Positions 57,771 to 64,000 of a stretch of 64,000 bases of DNA are shown piece by piece (positions within the stretch are counted from its first letter, which is position 1; each line of letters opens with the position of its first letter). Below the pieces are notes generated by a model. That model was not told where the DNA came from. It did no database searches and saw only the letters and a list, made by a program, of their open reading frames with translations. This stretch comes from a bacterium (GTDB lineage Bacteria; RBG-13-61-14; DATKZS01). The stretch lies in contig CAXXFL010000002.1 in assembly GCA_963674965.2 (NCBI GenBank), positions 192,001 to 256,000 of the forward strand, written 5' to 3'. Both the position numbers and the translations under genes were made by a program.

Positions 57771-58190
57771 TCAGGAGAGGGTCTTCTTGAGGTAATCCGC
57801 CAACAGGTCGTCCTCGCTGGACTCCCCGGTCTCGTCGGCTTTTTTCGCGGCCGCTTCTTCGGCCTTGGGGGAAGGAGCGCCGGCCCCCGCGATCATAACG
57901 GCCATGTAGCCGGGCTCGACGTCATAAGGGGTCTCCCCGAAGATGCAGGAATCGAGGTAGAGGTCGGCGCCCTTTTGGGCCAGTTCCTCCTCGGTGAGCA
58001 CCATGCCCACCACGCCGTGGGGGTCCTCGCCCCCGCCGCTGACGCCGAGCACCCGGCAGGCGGGCTCGAGGCTGTATTCGCGTTTCCCCTTGGGCGTGTT
58101 TATCTCGAGGGCGTCTCCTCCCATCTTGACCTTTTCATCGTCATGCCACGAGTCGATGAGGGTCTGGGAAAAAAAGTACTTGTCGCTCAT
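57771..58190 (-). CDS. Conserved hypothetical protein
   Basis: 139 aa, overlaps the upstream gene stop, acidic tail DDLLADYL. Confidence 0.75.
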   Translation of the reverse strand: MSDKYFFSQTLIDSWHDDEKVKMGGDALEINTPKGKREYSLEPACRVLGVSGGGEDPHGVVGMVLTEEELAQKGADLYLDSCIFGETPYDVEPGYMAVMIAGAGAPSPKAEEAAAKKADETGESSEDDLLADYLKKTLS

Positions 58191-59149
58191 CCCTGTCTTC
58201 TCCGCTCCCTCTCCTCGGCCACGGCCATCATGAGGAGGGGGAACATTATCTCGTGGTGTCCGGTCAGCCTGTACCCTTTTCCTCCCGTGCGGGTAGGCCG
58301 TCCCACCACGTTGACGTTAGGCCGGTAGTGCTGGATAAAATCCATGTTGACGGTGGTGAAGGTAAGAGGACCGCTGGTCTTGTTGCGCGAGAGGCTGATG
58401 GCCTTGAGGAAAACCTCGGGCAACACCACCGCCGAGCCCAGGTTGATATACACCCCGCCCTCGAGATCGGATACCATGGACGTGAAGATGAGGAAATCCC
58501 TGAGCGATCCCTTGCCGATGGCGGCCCCGTCGGCGGCCGGGTGCATGTGTATTATGTCCGAGCCCATCGAGACGTGGACCGTGACCGGCGCCTCCAGCCT
58601 CGCCGCCTGGGCCAGGAGGCTCATGTCCTTGTAAGCCGCCTCCGAGCCCAAAATGGCCTCCCCCACGGCCCGGCCCAGGCCCACGTCCTCGGCGCCGCAG
58701 CGAGAGATCACCCGGTTGAGCCAGTCGCCCGTCTCCCGCGTCATGCCGAACATGCCCGTGTCCAGCACCTCGGCCACGTCCTCGCTGGTGTTGCCCGCGA
58801 AGGCTATCTCGAAGTCGTGGATTATACACGAGCCGTTCATGGCCAGGCCCGTGATCACGCCCCGCTCCATCATCCCGATAATGAGGGGAGACAGGCCCAC
58901 CTTGATCACGTGTCCGCCCATGCCCAGGATCACGGGGCAGTTGTTCTCCCGGGCGTCGGCGATGGCCCTGGCTATGTCTCGCACGTCCTTGGCCGCCAGT
59001 ATCTGGGGCAGGGAGTCGAACCACTCGCCAAAGGTCATGCCCTGGAAAATCTTTCCCGCGAAGGCCCTCTCGTTCACCTTGCTCGGGCGCTCGGTGATGG
59101 ACACCGTGCGGATGCCGGCGGGGTTGAAGGGGTTTTTCGGATCAGCCAT
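58187..59149 (-). CDS. Deoxyhypusine-synthase-like fold protein
   Basis: GGHVIKVG, HDFEIA..G.TSEDV, G.DIIH.HP, GSAV.LPEVFLKA, GHHEIM. Confidence 0.7.
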   Translation of the reverse strand: MADPKNPFNPAGIRTVSITERPSKVNERAFAGKIFQGMTFGEWFDSLPQILAAKDVRDIARAIADARENNCPVILGMGGHVIKVGLSPLIIGMMERGVITGLAMNGSCIIHDFEIAFAGNTSEDVAEVLDTGMFGMTRETGDWLNRVISRCGAEDVGLGRAVGEAILGSEAAYKDMSLLAQAARLEAPVTVHVSMGSDIIHMHPAADGAAIGKGSLRDFLIFTSMVSDLEGGVYINLGSAVVLPEVFLKAISLSRNKTSGPLTFTTVNMDFIQHYRPNVNVVGRPTRTGGKGYRLTGHHEIMFPLLMMAVAEERERRRQG

Positions 59150-59732
59150 CCGCCTTGCCCCCGAATAGCTCCCGCTCGACCGCCTCGCAAATTATATGGG
59201 ACGCCATGAGGTGAATCTCCTGGACCACGGCGGTCACGTCGTCGTCCACCCACAGGCAGTGGTCGCAAATCTCGCCGATCTTCGAGCCGGGCCTTCCAGC
59301 CATGCCCAGGGTTTTAAGGCCCATCTGCCTGGCGGCCTCGAGGGCGAGGATCACGTTTTTCGAGGTCCCGCTGGTGGACAGGCCCCAGGCCAGGTCGCCG
59401 GGCCGTCCCAGGGCCTTGACCTGCTTGACGTAGACCTCGTCGAAGCTGTAGTCGTTGGCGATGCTGGTCAGGTTCGAGGTGTCCGTGGTCAGCGCGATGG
59501 CGCCGAGCGGCTCGCGGTCGAGCACCATGCGGTTCACGAACTCGGCCGCTATGTGCTGGGCCTCGGCGGCGGACCCGCCGTTGCCGAAGAGGAGGACCTT
59601 GCCCCCGTTCCGATAGGTATCCAGAACCATGTCGATGGCCCTGGCCAGGTCCTCGGCCCTTTTCTCGGCGTAGAGCCGCGCCGCGTCGCTGGTCCGGATG
59701 ACGCGCGTTTTAATCGATTCCAGGTTGGCCAT
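59142..59732 (-). CDS. gmhA: D-sedoheptulose-7-phosphate isomerase
   Basis: FGNGGSAA.AQH.AAE, IANDY, STSG.S.NV, QEIH. Confidence 0.93.
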   Translation of the reverse strand: MANLESIKTRVIRTSDAARLYAEKRAEDLARAIDMVLDTYRNGGKVLLFGNGGSAAEAQHIAAEFVNRMVLDREPLGAIALTTDTSNLTSIANDYSFDEVYVKQVKALGRPGDLAWGLSTSGTSKNVILALEAARQMGLKTLGMAGRPGSKIGEICDHCLWVDDDVTAVVQEIHLMASHIICEAVERELFGGKADG

Positions 59733-59848
59733 GTAATTCCCCTTGATTAATTTATCCTGAAAGGCCGGCGGCGGTCAAGAAGGCCGCCTCAAAAGAATCC
59801 CGCCGGAGACTGGATGGTCCCCGGCGGGTTGTTAGGACGCGTTACGAG

Positions 59849-61945
<2,097 letters not shown>

Positions 61946-61959
61946 TTACCAATACCTCC

Positions 61960-62532
61960 TTACTCTTTTTTACTCGAATTGAACTTATTCATGGCCGGTT
62001 CGATCCCCTCGCTCATGGCGAAGAGGGCCGCCTCGGCCCCAATCTCGATAGCCTCTTTTATCTTTTCCAAATCTTCCGGCCCGAAGGTCTCGAGAACGTG
62101 GTCTATGGTGTCCCCTTCTCTTCCGGGCTTTCCGATCCCGATCCTGACCCTGGCGAACTGGTTGGTACCCAGTTTTTCCATGATGGAGGCGAGTCCCTTA
62201 TGGCCTCCGGTTCCTCCTCCCCTTTTCACCTTGACCCTGCCGGGCGCAAGGTCGAGGTCGTCGTGAACGACCAGGAGATTATCTTTCTTAATCCGGAGCG
62301 AGTCAAGCGCGGCTTTGACGCTTACGCCGCTCAGGTTCATATAGGTGCGGGGCTTAATAAGGACCAGGTCTTGTCCCTTGTATTTCCCCTTGCCAACCCT
62401 TGCCTTGTAATTGAATCCTCTTATCTTGATCCCGGCCAGCTCGGCTATCCGGTCCACGACCATGAACCCGGCGTTATGCCTGGTGAGCCGGTATTTCCGG
62501 CCGGGGTTTCCAAGTCCCACGATAAGGTACAA
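61960..62532 (-). CDS. pth: Peptidyl-tRNA hydrolase
   Basis: GLGNPG..Y..TRHNAGF, TYMN.SG, HDDLD, GGH.G. Confidence 0.96.
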   Translation of the reverse strand: MYLIVGLGNPGRKYRLTRHNAGFMVVDRIAELAGIKIRGFNYKARVGKGKYKGQDLVLIKPRTYMNLSGVSVKAALDSLRIKKDNLLVVHDDLDLAPGRVKVKRGGGTGGHKGLASIMEKLGTNQFARVRIGIGKPGREGDTIDHVLETFGPEDLEKIKEAIEIGAEAALFAMSEGIEPAMNKFNSSKKE

Positions 62533-62573
62533 TTAGCGTCCCATGAGCCAGGAGTCGGAGAAAATCCTCGTTC

Positions 62574-63242
62574 CTAGTTCTCCTCCGCCTTTTTATCCTC
62601 GGCGGCCTCTCCCTCGGCCTCGCCTTCCTCTCCCTCGGCGCCCACTCCGGCGGCCCGCTCAGCCACACGGGGAGCGGCGATGGAAACGACGGATGCCTGC
62701 ATCTCGCCGAGTATCTCGATGCCCTCGCCCACCTCGAGCTCGCTGGTCTTGAGGGCGTCGCCGATTTTCATCTTGGCCACGTCGATGACGATCTCGACGG
62801 GTATCTTCTCGGGCACGCACTTGATCTCGAGGTGGCGGAGGTGCTGGTCGAGCGTCCCGCCCAGGTCCACGCCGATGGCGTGTCCCTTAACCGTGATGGG
62901 GATCACGGTCCTGACCACGCGGTCGGAGTAAACCTCCATGAAGTCCACGTGGAGGAACTCGCGCGTAAGAGGATGGCGCTGGATTTCCTTGACCATCGCC
63001 TTCTTGCCGTCGAGGCCCTCGTGGTCCGCCGTCAAAACGATAATGGTGTTCTTGAGCTTGGGAGTGTCAAGGGCGTCCACCAGGTCGTCCGGGTCCACGC
63101 TGAGGGCCACCGCCTCGGACTTGGAGCCGTAAAACACGCCGGGGATGCGCCCGGATTTCCTGAGTTTTCTCGCCACGCCCTTTCCCTTGGCCGAGCGATA
63201 CTCGACTTTCATTTCCCTTATGCCTTCCGCGTTGTTGTTCAC
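62574..63242 (-). CDS. rplY: 50S ribosomal protein L25/general stress protein Ctc
   Basis: R..KG..RKLR..G.IPGV.YG, HVDF; between prs and pth. Confidence 0.95.
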   Translation of the reverse strand: MNNNAEGIREMKVEYRSAKGKGVARKLRKSGRIPGVFYGSKSEAVALSVDPDDLVDALDTPKLKNTIIVLTADHEGLDGKKAMVKEIQRHPLTREFLHVDFMEVYSDRVVRTVIPITVKGHAIGVDLGGTLDQHLRHLEIKCVPEKIPVEIVIDVAKMKIGDALKTSELEVGEGIEILGEMQASVVSIAAPRVAERAAGVGAEGEEGEAEGEAAEDKKAEEN

Positions 63243-63322
63243 TTTTTCAAACCTTCCTTGTAGTGAAGTAAGGCGTCCTTTGTTCCCGCGCTCTTGTAAC
63301 GGGAACGAGTAATATCTTGGCT

Positions 63323-64000
63323 TTAAACGAAAAGCGAAGACACGGAGTCGCCTTTATGGATCCTTTTTATGGTCTCGCCCAATATGGACGCGACCGAGAG
63401 CACTTTAAACTTGTCTATCATCTTCTCCGGCGGAATGGGCACGGTGTCGGTGACCGTGACCTCGATCAGGTCGCTCTTGGCCAGCCTTTCCCTGGCCGGT
63501 CCCGAGAGCACGGCGTGGGCGCCCATGGCCCGGACTTCCCTGGCGCCCTTGTCCAGGAGAATGCGGGCCGCCTGGGTGATGCTTCCGGCCGTGTCGATGA
63601 TGTCGTCAACCAGGACGCAGCATTTGCCGCGCACGTCGCCGATGACGTTGAACATCTCCGTGGCGTCCCTGTTGCCCACCCGCCTCTTGTCCACGATGGC
63701 CAGGTCGGCGCCCATCCTCTTGCCGTAGGCCCTGGCCCGGGCCACGCCGCCCGCGTCGGGGCTGACGATCACCAGGTCTTTGAAGTCCCTCTCCTGGAGG
63801 TACTTGATGAAGATGGGCAGGGCGTACAGATGGTCCACGGGAATGTTGAAGAACCCCTGGATGGCCTCGGCGTGGAGGTCCATGCAGATGATGCGGTCGG
63901 CGCCCGCGGCCGAGATTATATCCGCGATGAGCTTGGCCGTGATGGGCACTCGGGGCTGGTCCTTTTTGTCCGACCGGGCGTAGGCGTAATAGGGCAGCAC
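63323..64000 (-). CDS. prs: Ribose-phosphate pyrophosphokinase (5'-truncated by window edge)
   Basis: PYYAYAR.DKK, DLHA, SPDAGG, VDDIIDTAG. Confidence 0.96.
   Translation of the reverse strand: MLPYYAYARSDKKDQPRVPITAKLIADIISAAGADRIICMDLHAEAIQGFFNIPVDHLYALPIFIKYLQERDFKDLVIVSPDAGGVARARAYGKRMGADLAIVDKRRVGNRDATEMFNVIGDVRGKCCVLVDDIIDTAGSITQAARILLDKGAREVRAMGAHAVLSGPARERLAKSDLIEVTVTDTVPIPPEKMIDKFKVLSVASILGETIKRIHKGDSVSSLFV

Noticed and set aside
63243-63322. tRNA between prs and rplY
   Set aside because: Only a single hairpin; no cloverleaf or TTCGA T-loop

Overview
GC-rich (~60%) chromosomal window, most likely from an anaerobic deltaproteobacterium-like organism (DsrMK-like module, PilD/PilS/PilR-like genes, prs-rplY-pth-hppA-gmhA block; taxonomy is inference). 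Most of it is housekeeping, catabolic and envelope genes. Notable parts: (1) an orphan phage-type packaging/DNA-modification cassette at ~20.1-25.1 kb (intact terminase large subunit, ParB-like protein, DxYG-type methyltransferase-like protein, HTH-fused spore-photoproduct-lyase-like radical SAM enzyme, small TerS-like ORF) with no portal, capsid or integrase nearby; (2) an Rrf2-controlled DsrMK-like operon ending in a PAS kinase and three stand-alone receivers, with two visible operator boxes; (3) three families of palindromic repeats, including a 186-bp MITE with 4-bp target duplications that carries a REP doublet; (4) an internally deleted IS4 element plus an orphan copy of its end; (5) a candidate structured RNA leader; (6) strong CTCGAG enrichment. 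No tRNA, rRNA or CRISPR array was recognised. All calls are from motif reading by eye, with no database searches.
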